From the NCBI GenBank assembly GCA_013265495.1, contig MU058213.1, positions 1,364,001 to 1,428,000 of the forward strand: a stretch of 64,000 nt of DNA, written 5' to 3'. The stretch comes from Vicugna vicugna (lineage: Eukaryota). This document shows positions 24,171 to 35,644 of the stretch, piece by piece. The first letter of the stretch is position 1, and the number at the start of each line of letters is the position of its first letter. Position numbers and translations under genes: made by a program. A model generated the notes under the pieces. The model made no database searches, had not been told where the DNA came from, and saw nothing but the letters and a program-made list of their open reading frames with translations.

Positions 24171-24899
24171 ATAGTCACTAATCCAAAGGTCTGCTGGGAT
24201 CTTTTGGTGCCTCTGTTGAATGGTTGAGCACATATTCTGTCTTTGGCTGGGTGTTAAGACCTAGAAGCCTTAGAATTCTTATGGAGTTGATCCTGGGTGT
24301 AGGGTAAGTCTAGCTTATAAGGAATAGTATTATCTTTGTTTTTAGAAGCTCAGCTTCTCAAGTTGTATCTTTGAGTCTGAGGCTGGGTTCTGAACAGGAA
24401 CTGTAGTCCTGTCAAGAGTGAGAAAATTGATCTAATCAAGACTTAGACTCAGGACCATGAAATGAAGACTAGTTCCAAATATAACCTCTAGGTACTTTAA
24501 TAAAGTAGTCCTAGTCTCTTGGGCATATTTAAAGAGACTTCCCATAATAGATAGAAGATAATGCCCCCATTTCTTTGATGACGTTGGACACCGAGTCACT
24601 GAAGCTCATGTCTTTTGAAGCTTATACTGTTCTCAAGTTAGAATTAGTCACTACTTCTTCTTTTCTTCCTTACCACTTTGTAGCTCTCTTTTGGTCCTGC
24701 CGTTGACTCTGTATGCACTTTCCCTCACCTCAACATTGGTTTTAGTTTCTATAATTGTCCTACTGTATAAAGTCCTGGAAGAGACCTCAGTCTAATTTAT
24801 TGATTTTATGAAGAGGTGACTTGACCAAGGTGAGGAAGCATCTGGGACCAGAACTCAAACATCCTTAAGCTTGATTCTGGCTTTCTCTTTATTTTCTTC

Positions 24900-25266
24900 T
24901 GCTATAGACTGAATTTTTGTAACTCCCAAATTCATATGTTGAAAGCAAATCCCCAATGTGATTGTATTTGGAGGTGGGACCTTTGGGAGGTGATTAGGTC
25001 ATAAGAGTAGAATAAGATTAGTGCTCCTACAAAAGAGACTCCAGAGGATCCTTCACCTTTTCCATCATTTAAGGCCACAGTGGAAAGACAGCTGTCTATG
25101 AACCAGGAAATGGACTCTCAACAGATATCAAATCTGCTGGCATCTTGATCTTGGTCTTTCCAGCCTGCAGAACTGTGGAAAATAAATCTCTGTTGTTTAT
25201 AAGCCGCTCACCCTCTGGCATTTTGTTATAGTTTGTTTCATTTGTTAGCCCAAATGAACTATGGCA
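24900..25266 (+). mobile_element. MLT1A-like MaLR solo LTR
   Basis: TG...CA ends, 'aaattcatatgttgaa...tgattgtatttggaggtgggacctttgggagg', AATAAA in LTR, perfect TSD tcttc at 24895-24899 and 25267-25271. Confidence 0.92.
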
Positions 25267-27191
25267 TCTTCTGTTATGGACTTCGTTGCTCTCATTGACT
25301 GTGGGTGCTGTTCTCAGGGATCTCAGAGCTTTAAGCCAGTATGAATAATTCTTTGACTTGTGGCTTTGAGTAAACTTCTGGAGTCCTATGTTGGGAGAAA
25401 AAGGACAGAGGAGAAACAATGCTTCCTCCTTGGCAAATGCCTACTAAAGAAGAGAAGAAAATGACTGAGAAATTGAAACCCAACTTTAAAAAAATATTGT
25501 TTATTTAATTAAATTCAGCTATTGAATATATTACAAATAAGAATTTACTTTATTAAAACAACTTGTGGTTTTTCAGTGCAGTGAAAGTGTTATAATATTA
25601 CCTTGTTTTTTAAATTTCCATCCTGAGTAAAAATTTTTCTTTATACTTGGGTAGATTCTACCTATAGATTTTCAGAAAAGCCAGACTTTTTGAAAAAGGG
25701 CTGTATTTTGCACGTGGACTTTGTCATATAGATGAACATCTTGTATTATACCATGTATTTAGCTTAAGAGCAAATTGTGTATATTTGTTTTTTGAAGATA
25801 ACCCTTGGACGGAATTGCTTCCTGAATATATGCACTTAGGTGAAGAGATAAATGTGTGGTCAGAAGCCCTTACCCACCTCTGGTTAAGAGTTTTTGTTAA
25901 TAGTATTCCAGGTAAGGGTCCCATTGACTTCGATAGTTCTTACTGCTGCTTAAAAATAATCAGCAATTGGGTATTGTCCATATGGAAAAAGCAGGCTTTT
26001 TGTGATGAGCACATTTGGGACTAAGATGCATGTTTAGCACCTGCTTTCTTTCCTTTTCCTCCTTTAATGGCTCATTGAGGTGTATTAGCCCAGCTCTTCA
26101 AGATCACCAGTTAAGTTATTATGGAATCTTCTCCCACAGTGGGCTCATTTGAGCCTTTTTGTGCTTTTCTGTGGGCTCCTATAATTGGATCAGACACATT
26201 ACTAAGACCTCTTGTCTTTTTTTCCCCCCCATAAAATGCAAAATATCCTAACACTCAGACACATATCTACATGCATGTGTTGATTAAGCAGCAAACTTGG
26301 AGCACAGCTGACAGACCATGGGGAACAGAACTTGTCCAACAGCCAATTTAGAAACCACCAGGTTAAGAAATCCCAGGTAGAACATGTGGGCTTTTGAATG
26401 TTCTGAGTACTCAGAACATCATCTTATCCTTCCCCACTCTCTGTTCAGTTTTGAAATTATATTCAGAGGTGAGATTATACTAAGAAAGCCTTTGGAGAAA
26501 GGGCTTTAAAAATAATTTAGAAGGTCAAATTAGTTCTGGATTCTAATTGCTATGATGATAAAACATTTATGAAATTTCTACTTGCCCATGTCAATGTGCT
26601 AAATGTTTTATGTCTTCTAGAAAGACTGTCCTGATCCCTGGAATTTCAGACAACCCCTTGCCTTTCTTTCCCCTTCCAGAGAATATATTCACCCCTGCTT
26701 ATTACAGAGTTATAAAACCAACATTGCTTATTCTCATGGGTATTGAAACTCTTTATTGAGCCTTGTTTGGTGGTCTCTGTATCTTGTACAGCTGTCTCAT
26801 CTGGATTATAAATTCCTCCAAAATAAATTTGACTCAAGACTTCAATTCTCTACTTTAGCAAGAGAATAGTTAGTTTCCTTGGCTTGATGCTGTCTGTTGC
26901 TGCAGGGTATGTGCGCATTTGATGACAGATCACTGAGCCATCAGAAAAGAGGGTTCTGTCCCTTGGTGCTTATCCTAATTCTCTATATACGTATTGAATT
27001 GGGGGCCTGTATTTAGTAGCATGTTTTAGATACATTTTGGAACCTAATGCGTTATTAAGTGTCACAAATAAAAGTAAGCACATACAAAGCACAAACTCAT
27101 CTGTGCAAACGAGATTTAAGAACTCATCTGTCTTCTTGGATGTTACATAGTGATAATAATTATTATGATAAAAAATTAAATTAAATATGCT

Positions 27192-27412
27192 GTTTATTAA
27201 ATATTGTGAGTCAAGCACTGTGCTGTGTGTTCTCAATCTGATAATGTCATCACTATAACTGTGGTATAGAAGCTGTTATTAGCTCTCTTCAGGAAAAAAG
27301 TAAGTTGAGATTGAAGAAAGTCAAATGCCTCTCCCAGAGTCACCCAGCTCGTGAATGAAGGGTGGGGATTGGAACCCTGACTGCCCCTTAGAGCCCTTGC
27401 TCTTAACCACTA
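27192..27412 (-). mobile_element. MIR SINE
   Basis: 'cccagagtcacccagctcgtgaatgaagggtggggattggaaccc...tgctcttaaccact'. Confidence 0.8.
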
Positions 27413-27506
27413 GTCAACATAACTCCATTTTTGCTAACAGTATTGAAATTGTGTTATCTGTTTTATAAAACATTTATGAGCTACTGGCAGGTTCTAGGTT
27501 GGACAT

Positions 27507-27742
27507 TGTGGCATGAGTAAGAGCTCAGGTCATGATGGAACCCAGTTCTGTCTTTTTGAAGCTGGATAAACTTGGCTAAGTTATGTAAACTCTCTGAGCG
27601 TTCATCTGGGAAATGGGGAAGAAAATAATAATGCCTGTATCACAGGTGCTCATTTAAATATGAGATAACATTTACAAAGCACTTAGCACCGTGTGTGGCA
27701 CTAAGTAAGTGCTCTCTAATGGTAGGGGTTATTATTATTACT
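27507..27742 (+). mobile_element. MIR SINE
   Basis: 'aactctctgagc...aaatatgagataacatttacaaagcacttagcaccgtgtgtggcactaagtaagtgctc...tattattatta'. Confidence 0.85.
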
Positions 27743-27914
27743 AATAGGGTCTTTGAATTTGGCAGGTAAAGCTTTAGCATCCAGGAACAGGATTTAGATC
27801 CAAGTTTCCTGTGTGGCCTAGGTAGTAGGAAAGGGGCCTTAGCTCTCTCTGCCCCCAGCCAAGCCAGGACTTTTTTCAGTATTAGGCCCAGGTTCAACCT
27901 CAGGGGAAGTTGGC

Positions 27915-28075
27915 AGCTGTGTTGCTCAATTCTGGCTCCACGTTAGATTTATCTGGGAGCTTTGAAAGCTCCTGATACCTGGCTGAACCCCAGATTATTA
28001 AATCAGAATCTCTAGGGAGGGACCATGGCATCAGTGTGTGTTAAATCTCCCCAGGTGAATCCAATGTGCAGTCCT
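27915..28075. mobile_element. MER5A/B-like hAT-Charlie MITE
   Basis: 'aaatcagaatctctagggagggaccatggcatcagtgtg...ctccccaggtgaatccaatgtgcag'. Confidence 0.8.
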
Positions 28076-29254
28076 AGTCCATTTTTGATGACTGAAATAT
28101 GATCCCGGATGCTATCCTTCGGTAGCAAAGAGCACTACACAACAGGGAAGTGCAGGAGTCAGAGGCTGCTAAGAAAAGTTTACCTGTTTCCAGGCAGTCC
28201 TCATCTGACTTCCTGGCATGTTTAGTGAGATGGTCCAGATCTCTTGGACAGATCTCATAGAAGTAGCACTGATTAGCAGTGTGCTCTGGATGGAGGATTT
28301 GGATAAAAATACCTGGATTTTTGCCCAGTTTTATATTTCTAAGCATGAACATACTACCTGATGTCTTGGAGCCTCAGTTTCTTCAGTATGGTGGAAATGA
28401 TGATGCCTGGGTTGCTTAAACAAATATTAGTCATGTTTCTTGAGTGCCTATCATTGGGGAGGGGATATGTCCACCCTTCTGTTATCCACTACTAGATTAT
28501 GCCCCAGGGGGAAGGAACTGATAAGACAATTGATCAATCTAGGGTTTTCATTGGGCCATGTTTTCCTTGAAGGAGGCGAGTGCTATAGAGGCAGAAACTT
28601 AAACTTCACTTCTTCATTAGCACTTCCTTCTCCCATGTGGGAAGCACTTATGTGTAAGCTCTACCTTAGTGCCCAGCAGAGAGGGTGGATCTCTCTGCAG
28701 TCTTGATATCCCTAATTCATGGGCAATAATTTGAGGGATTCTCTGTATGCACACTTTACCGTAACTTTGAGATACTATGCTTTGTTTTCCATTTAGCTAC
28801 TGTTTCTATGTTACAACTTCTGGAGAGAACGTTAAGGGAGGAGAGGTAAATGACAGAATTACCCTATTTCCACCTTGGACCTACAGCACTGTACTAGGAG
28901 GAGTTCTGTGTGTGTGTGTGTGCCTGTGTGAGATAGAAAACTAGAGTTTAATGGGGGAGAAAAGGCAAGCACAAGAATATCTATAGTACAAGGTATGAAG
29001 TGATAACAGAAGTAGGGGGCATTTAGATCTTTCAGACTCCAAATCTTCCTTGTTCACCTGGCCCAGGCAGTAGTCTGTCATCACAGCTGCTCCCAAGCTG
29101 CTCTGTCTTCTCTAACTGAGGCATGGGACACTGCAAAGAATTTACTCTGGAGGAACTCCCTGTTACTAGAACCCAAGTCTCCCCATAGAAAGCAGTTTAC
29201 ATGGGAAGGTAGCCTGCACATGTAGGAGTGTTACAATAAATGGCCAAATGAAAT

Positions 29255-30393
29255 AAGATCTGAACTGAAGGTTTCTACAGGGCCCAGGCAAGGAAGGAAT
29301 ATGAGTGAATGAAGTGGGACAGGTAGTCTGTGTTGTACTGGATTGTGTGTGGCCCTCTGAATAGCCATTACTCCAGCTCACTGTTGCTGTGCAAGAATGT
29401 TGAGACCAGTGTGCTCCGATTGTCCACTTTCTCAAGGGAAGCCAGAGTTTTGTATTTCTGTGTGATATTTATTCTTTATTTTTGAATGTTTCCAACTAAG
29501 TCTGATTTTAAAATACAGAGATATAATGATTGCTCAGTTGAAGGATTTTCACCCTCATGGCTTTTGAAAAATTATACTACCTTTTGGCCTCCTCTCTTTT
29601 TTGGTGTATGTATCATGACTTTTTCTCCTATATACACACTACACAAATACATTATGAGAAGTGATATTTTTGCATTATAGTTTTAGGCAAAAATACACTT
29701 ACCAATGTATCTGACAGAACAGATTCTTGTCAGAGTATCATACAGAGTGAATTTGTCTTGCACACAATATTTGAATGAACCCCAAATGTTTTGCTTTGTG
29801 TACAAATGCCAAATGCCAACGATAAAGAGGTAGCACCTTCTTATAACTCTCCAGCAATTGCATGTGTGTGCTATTTCCACATTTTGAAGTGCTCTCTTAT
29901 TTAGCTTTTATTTTGCCTGGAGGCTGTTTTTCTGTGTTATAACTCTATTTTCAAGTGCAGTTTGAGTGCAAGATTACCATAAGCCCCCAAAAGGTTGAAA
30001 AATTGATGAAGAAAATGATGCAGAAAGAAGGGTGAAAATTAGCACAATAAACCCTCATCACATTCACATTATATTTTATGTGCAAACCATACTTAGTCAC
30101 TTTTAAATGGTTGTTTGTTACCTAAATTGTTTTCATTGTTCAATTGCTATACCTTTTTTTTTTTAACCTGAGAAAATAGTTTGGGTATCTTGATTTGGGA
30201 TGTAATACGTCATAATTTCCCCCTTTCAAATGAATGGAAAATACTGTAAGTATAATGTTTTTTCATGTTAGGGTCAGTTTTTTAGTAATGAACAAAAGTC
30301 CTTAAAAGGGATCGGTGTATCAATTTGTGGACCAACCTGAAACATGTCTGTGGACTAGATTTGACTACCAGGATCCTAGTTTGTGATATTCAG
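29255..30393 (+). mobile_element. MER102-like hAT-Charlie element split by an ~800 bp insertion
   Basis: 5' part 'ctacagggcccaggc...tcaagggaagccagag...aatgtttccaactaa' (to ~29515) resumes at ~30320 as 'tgtggaccaacctgaaacatgtctgtggactagatttg...agtttgtga'. Confidence 0.6.
29516..30317. mobile_element. Putative decayed TcMar/Tigger-type DNA transposon
   Basis: Interrupts the MER102-like element; flanked by TA (29514-15, 30318-19), begins CAG and ends TG; terminal inverted repeats only weakly recognisable. Confidence 0.4.
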
Positions 30394-30496
30394 TGTAGAA
30401 TGGCTGCAAAAGTACTGTAAAAATTTTAATATTCTGCACAGGCAACAAGGGTCATTATTCTGGGACTTTCAGGGTTGGGGATAGTACTTATACTTA

Positions 30497-30897
30497 CAAT
30501 CATTTTTCTATAACCATGAGTGATTGGTTCCAGGACACCTTCCTCTCTTGCCCTCCCACCCCACCTCCCATGACACCCTGCCCCTCTTGGCTCTGCAGAT
30601 ACCAAAATCTGAGGATGCTGAATTTCCTTCAGTGAAATGACGTAGTATTTGCATATAACCTACGCACATTCTCCCATGTACTTTAAATCATCTCTAGGCT
30701 ACTTGTAATATCTAATATAATGTAAGTGCATAATAAGTAACTGTAAATACAATGTAATGCTATGTAAATAGTTGCCAGTGTGTGGCAAATTCAAGTTTTG
30801 ATTTTTGGAACTTTCTGGGTGGGTTTTTTTTTTTCTGTCTGATTTTTTTCCAGTGGAAAATGCAGATTCAGAAGCTGTGGATATGGATGGCTGACTG
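30497..30897 (+). mobile_element. MER2/MER2B (TcMar-Tigger MITE)
   Basis: TA TSDs; 'gattggttccaggac...gataccaaaatc...gtagtatttgcatataacctacgcac...ggatatggatggctgactg' terminal repeat. Confidence 0.9.
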
Positions 30898-31217
30898 TAT
30901 TTCTTAGGCATAACCTTTTTTTCATCCTCACCTCTTTTCCCGTGGATTTTTGTAGTCCTCTCCTCTATGGTGCACAAGGTCCAGAATCAAATTTAGACTT
31001 TCTATCCATTTCCTCAGACCAGTCAGCTTTGTGAGCCTCCTGGTCAAGCTAGGAACTTGGACATGGACATGTTAGTTGCCTGGGGACTGTGTGGGGCAAT
31101 GGATAGGACACTAGCTTAGGAGTCAGGAGGCTGGGATGGGGCTTTGGCTTTGCTGCAGATTCACTTTGTAACTTCTAGGAAGTCACAACTTTGCTATACT
31201 CAGCAAATATTTATTGC

Positions 31218-31290
31218 TGCTGCTACTACTACCACTTACTACTACTACTACTAGTACTCGTACTAGTACCAGCACTGTTACATTATTAGT
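31218..31290. repeat. (CTA/CTG)n low-complexity trinucleotide tract
   Basis: ctgctgctactactaccacttactactactactactagtac. Confidence 0.85.
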
Positions 31291-31439
31291 GTTGTTTAAA
31301 TCTTAAACCAGACTAGAAGACCTCTAAGTTCTTTTCCTATTCGAACATTCTGTGGTTCTAGAAACATACCTATAAATGTGCAAGTATGCTTTCGTAGAAG
31401 CAGCATCCTTCAAAGTCAGGTGTGGTGTTCTCATTGCTA

Positions 31440-31580
31440 ACATTTGTTCATTCATTCAACATATATTTATTGAAGGCCTGCAGAATACCAGGCATTGTTC
31501 TAGGCCCTGAGGGTTGATAGTTAGCAAAATAGACAAAATCTTTGCCCTCACTGAGGTCACATTCTTGTGGTTTAAACAGA
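31440..31580 (-). mobile_element. L2 3' tail
   Basis: 'ttcattcattcaacatatatttattgaaggcc...ccaggcattgttctaggccctgag'. Confidence 0.85.
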
Positions 31581-32124
31581 GATAATCTTTCTTCCTTGTT
31601 TAATACCTGTTACTACCTGGATAAATGAACTTCAATACTCCACAGAGACCCAATAAGTATTAGGAAAAGAAGGTATTTTTGGTAGCATATAGGAATTAAA
31701 AACAGCTTTGACATGAACTTGTTTTGTGGGTGAGGTTGATTGGGAGGTCTGAGACACCAGTTTTATAAATTGGTTTGTTATTTGATGGTGTTTACAGGAT
31801 GCCACCATTTGCAGATGGACCACTAGCATCAGGCCCAGGCAGTATTTCACATTGGGCATGGCAGACAGATGAGTCAGGTTGAGGGATAAAATGGTCATGT
31901 GGGTAACCACATCTGTAAGCTGAAACTGATCAAATCACAGAAATCAGTAGTGTAGCAAATTTGGCAGATTCCCTTTGAAGAATGTCCATTCTCTCCTTTT
32001 CAGGAAAGGTTGGCGAAACATATTTCCTGGGTGAAAATGGCCTGTCCATATTCTTGCTTTGAAGGTGTCCTGATTTTCCTTGGTTCTTTGCCTTTGAAAT
32101 ACTTTGGGAGCTTTTATATCCTTC

Positions 32125-32228
32125 TAGTCCTTCTTCTTCTTCTTCCTCCTCCTTTTTCCCTATCTTCCTTCTTTCTGGCCTCTTTTTTCTTTTATTTCCC
32201 CTTTTCCTCCTCCTCTTCCTTCTTCAGT
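32125..32228. repeat. Polypyrimidine (CT-rich) low-complexity tract
   Basis: (ctt)n/(cct)n mosaic. Confidence 0.9.
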
Positions 32229-34893
32229 TAAGTAGAAAATGATTAAAAAGATCAGTGATAATTTAATATTTCTATTAGGGATTTAAAAGATAACTTTTCT
32301 GAAGACCCCCAAGAAAACAAATTCAAGGCAGTCTTGATGTAAAGGGACCTGGGCATCACATCTTCTTTTCTAAATACAAAAAAGACCACAGGTCCTTTGA
32401 AAAAGAGCTGATAAATGCTCTTGTTTTGCTTTAAACAAGGCCAGTCCCTGTTTACAACTAAGACAGGCAAATGCCTACCGCCCCCTAGAAATGAAACTGC
32501 TCATGACATCCAAACTGGTAAGAGCGATTGGAGCTGTCTTAATGGCCCATTGTCAAGTGATTAGAGAACAACAATAACCAAAGTAAGCAAAAATTACTCA
32601 GATTGTCAGGAATTTGAGCAGAAACTATAATCAAGAAATGGCAGCCACTTAATTAAGACCTCTGAGGTGAGTCTGTTAGATTCTCTTTTCCTTCTTGACT
32701 GTTGATGTACCATTGCGTTGGCAAGGTCTCTTTGCTTATATGTATTCACTCTGCCAGAAATGCCCTGATTAAAGTCACTCCTACACTTACACTAAGGATG
32801 CTGTGGAGAATGTTGTAACTACATTCTACAGTGCCTCCTATACGAAGTCTTACCTAAAATGTTTTTCTTCTTGCTGAGTGTGTTGTTTGAGAAAGCCTTT
32901 TTTCAAATTACCACAGTAAGTCCATCCTTTCATAGAGATACAAAAATAAATAGAGAAAAAATTTTTTGTCTTGTGATCAGGACTCAGGACTTGCTTTCTT
33001 AACAACTTTCATATATAATATACAGCAGTGTTAATTATATTTATCATATTGTACATTACATACTTAGTACTTTTTGTCTTGTAACTGGAAGTTTGTACTT
33101 TTTGACTGCCTTCATCCAGTTACGCATTCTCCCAACTTCTGCATATGGTAAGCAAAAATTTGATTTCCATTCCTATGGGTTTGTTTGTTTTTGAAGTATA
33201 ATTGACCTCCAACACTATGTTAGTTCTTGTTATACAACATAGTGATTTGTTATTTCTATGCATTTCGAAATGGTCATCATGATGAGTCTAGTTACCATCT
33301 GTAACCATACAAAGATATTACATTACATAATTATCAGCTATATTCCTCACACTTTACATGTCATACCCGTGTCTCATTTATTTTGCAACTGGAAGTTTGC
33401 ATCTTTTAATCTCTTTCACCTATCTGTCTCTCCCACCCAACCCCTCATCCTTCTGGCAACCACCTGTTTGTTCTCTGAATACCTATGATTCTGTTTCTGT
33501 TTGGTTATGTTTGTTCATTTGTTTCATTTTTTAGATTGTATGTATAAGTGAAATCACACAGTGTTTGTTTCTCTCTGTCTTATTTCACTTAGCGTAATAC
33601 CCTCTACATGCATCCATGTTTTCACAAATGGCAAGATTTCATTCTTTTTAATGGCTGAGTAACATTCCATTGTATATCTCTATCTCTATCCCTATATTTT
33701 TATCCACCTATCTATTGATGAGTACTTAGGTTGCCTCTGTAACTTGACTACTGTAAATAATGCTGCAATGAACATAGAGGTGCCTATATCTTTTCAAATT
33801 AGTGTTTTTGTTTTCTTTAGATAAATACCCAGGGGTAGAATTGCTGGATCATATGGTAGTTCTATTTTTAGTTTTTTGAAGAATCGCCATAATGTTTTCC
33901 ATGGTGGTTTCACCAATTTATATTCCCACCAACAGTGCGAAAGGGTTTTCTTTTGTCCGCATCCTTGCCAACACTTGTTATTTGTTGTCTTTTTGATGAT
34001 AGCCATTCTGACAGGTGTGAGGTGATATCTTAATGTAGTTTTGCTTTGACTTTCCCTGATGATTAGTGATGTTGAGCATCTTTTCATGTGCCTGTTGACC
34101 ATCTGTATGTCTTCTTTGGAGAAATGTTTATTCAGATCCTCTGCCTGTTTTTAAATGAGTTTCTTTTTTGATGTTGAGGATTTTATGAGTTCTTTGTATA
34201 TTTTTGATATTAATTTGTTATTAGATATATCATTTGTAAATATTTTCTCCCATTCAGTAGGTGGCATTTTCATTTTGTTGATAGTTTCCTTTGCTGTGCA
34301 AAAGGTTTTTAGTTTGATGTACTCCCATTTGTTTATTTCTGCTTTTGTTTCCCTTGTTTGAAGAGACAGATCCAAGAAAATATTTCTAAGATTGATGTTA
34401 AAGAGTATACTGCATATGTTTTTTTTCTAGAAGTTTTATGGTTTCAGGTCTTACATTTAAGTGCTTAATTCATCTTGAATTTACTTTTGTGCATGGTAGG
34501 ATAAAGTAATCCAATGTAATTCTTTTGCATGTTGCTATCCAGTTTTCCCAACACTATATATTGAAGAAGCTGTCTTTTCCCCATTGTGTATTCTTGCCTC
34601 CTTTTTTGTAGATTAATTGACCGTGTAAGTATGGGTTTATTTCTGGCTCTCTATTCTATTCCATGTATCTATATGTCTGTTTTTGTGCCAGTACTGTACT
34701 ATTTTGATTATTATAGTTTTGTAATATAGTTTGAAATCAGAGCAAATGATATCCACAGCTTTTTTCTTCTTTCTCAAGATTGTTTGGCTCTATTGTTCCC
34801 TCTATACCCACTTTGTTGAGTTTTTATCATAAATGAGTGTTGAATTTTGTTAAAATCCTTTTTTGCATCTATTGAGATGATTGTATGATTTTT

Positions 34894-34938
34894 TTCTCTA
34901 GTTTTTTTTTAATTGAAGTATAGTCAGTTTACAATGTG
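34894..34938 (-). mobile_element. Very short young L1 3'-end insertion inside the older L1
   Basis: T tail + aattgaagtatagtcagtttacaatgt; TSD gattgtatgattttt (34879-34893) / gattgcatgattttt (34939-34953). Confidence 0.85.
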
Positions 34939-35514
34939 GATTGCATGATTTTTATTCTTCAGTTTGTTAATGTGGTGTATCACATTGATTGATTTGCAGA
35001 TATTGAATCATTCTTGCATTCCTGAGATAAATCCCACTTAATCATGTTGTATGATCCTTTTAATTCCTTGTTGAATTCAGTTTGCTAATATTTCATTGAG
35101 AATTTTTGCATTTGTACTCATAAGTGATATTGGCCTTTAATTTATTTTTTGTGTGGTTCATTTGTCTGGCCTTGGTGTCAGAGTGATGCTGGCCTTGTAG
35201 AATAAGTTTGGAAGCATTCCTTCCTCTTCAATTGTTTGGAATAGTTTGAGGAGGATAGGTATTAACTCTTCTTTAAATGTTTGGCAGAATTCACCTGTGA
35301 AGCCATCTGGTCCTGGATTTTTGTTTGTTTGGGTTTTTTAAAATTACTGATTCAATTTTGTTATTGGTAATTGATTTGTTCATATTTTCTATTTCTTCCT
35401 GATTCCATCTTGGGATATTGTACATTTCTAGGGATTTGTCCAGTTTCACTAGGTTGTCCGTTTTATTGGTGTATAATTGCTTATAAGAATCTTTTAGGAT
35501 CCTTTGTATTTCTG

Positions 35515-35644
35515 GGGGCTTGGATTTTCTTTTTTGATGGGGGGTAATTACATTTATTTATTTTGAAGGAGGTTCTGGCAATTGAACCCAGGACCTCATG
35601 CATGTTAGGTATGCACTCTACCACTGAGCTATACCCTCTCCTGA
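35515..35644 (-). mobile_element. tRNA-Ala-derived SINE (camelid vic-1 type) inserted in L1
   Basis: rc reads gagagggtatagctcagtggtagagtgcatacctaacatgcatgaggtcctgggttcaat; TSD ttgtatttctg (35504-35514) / ttgtattttctg (35645-35656). Confidence 0.9.

Noticed and set aside
31249..31268. Palindrome tactagtac-tc-gtactagta
   Set aside because: Lies inside a (CTA)n low-complexity tract where such symmetry arises trivially
33794..34375. ORFs with clear protein similarity
   Set aside because: They are frameshifted L1 ORF2p remnants, not host genes
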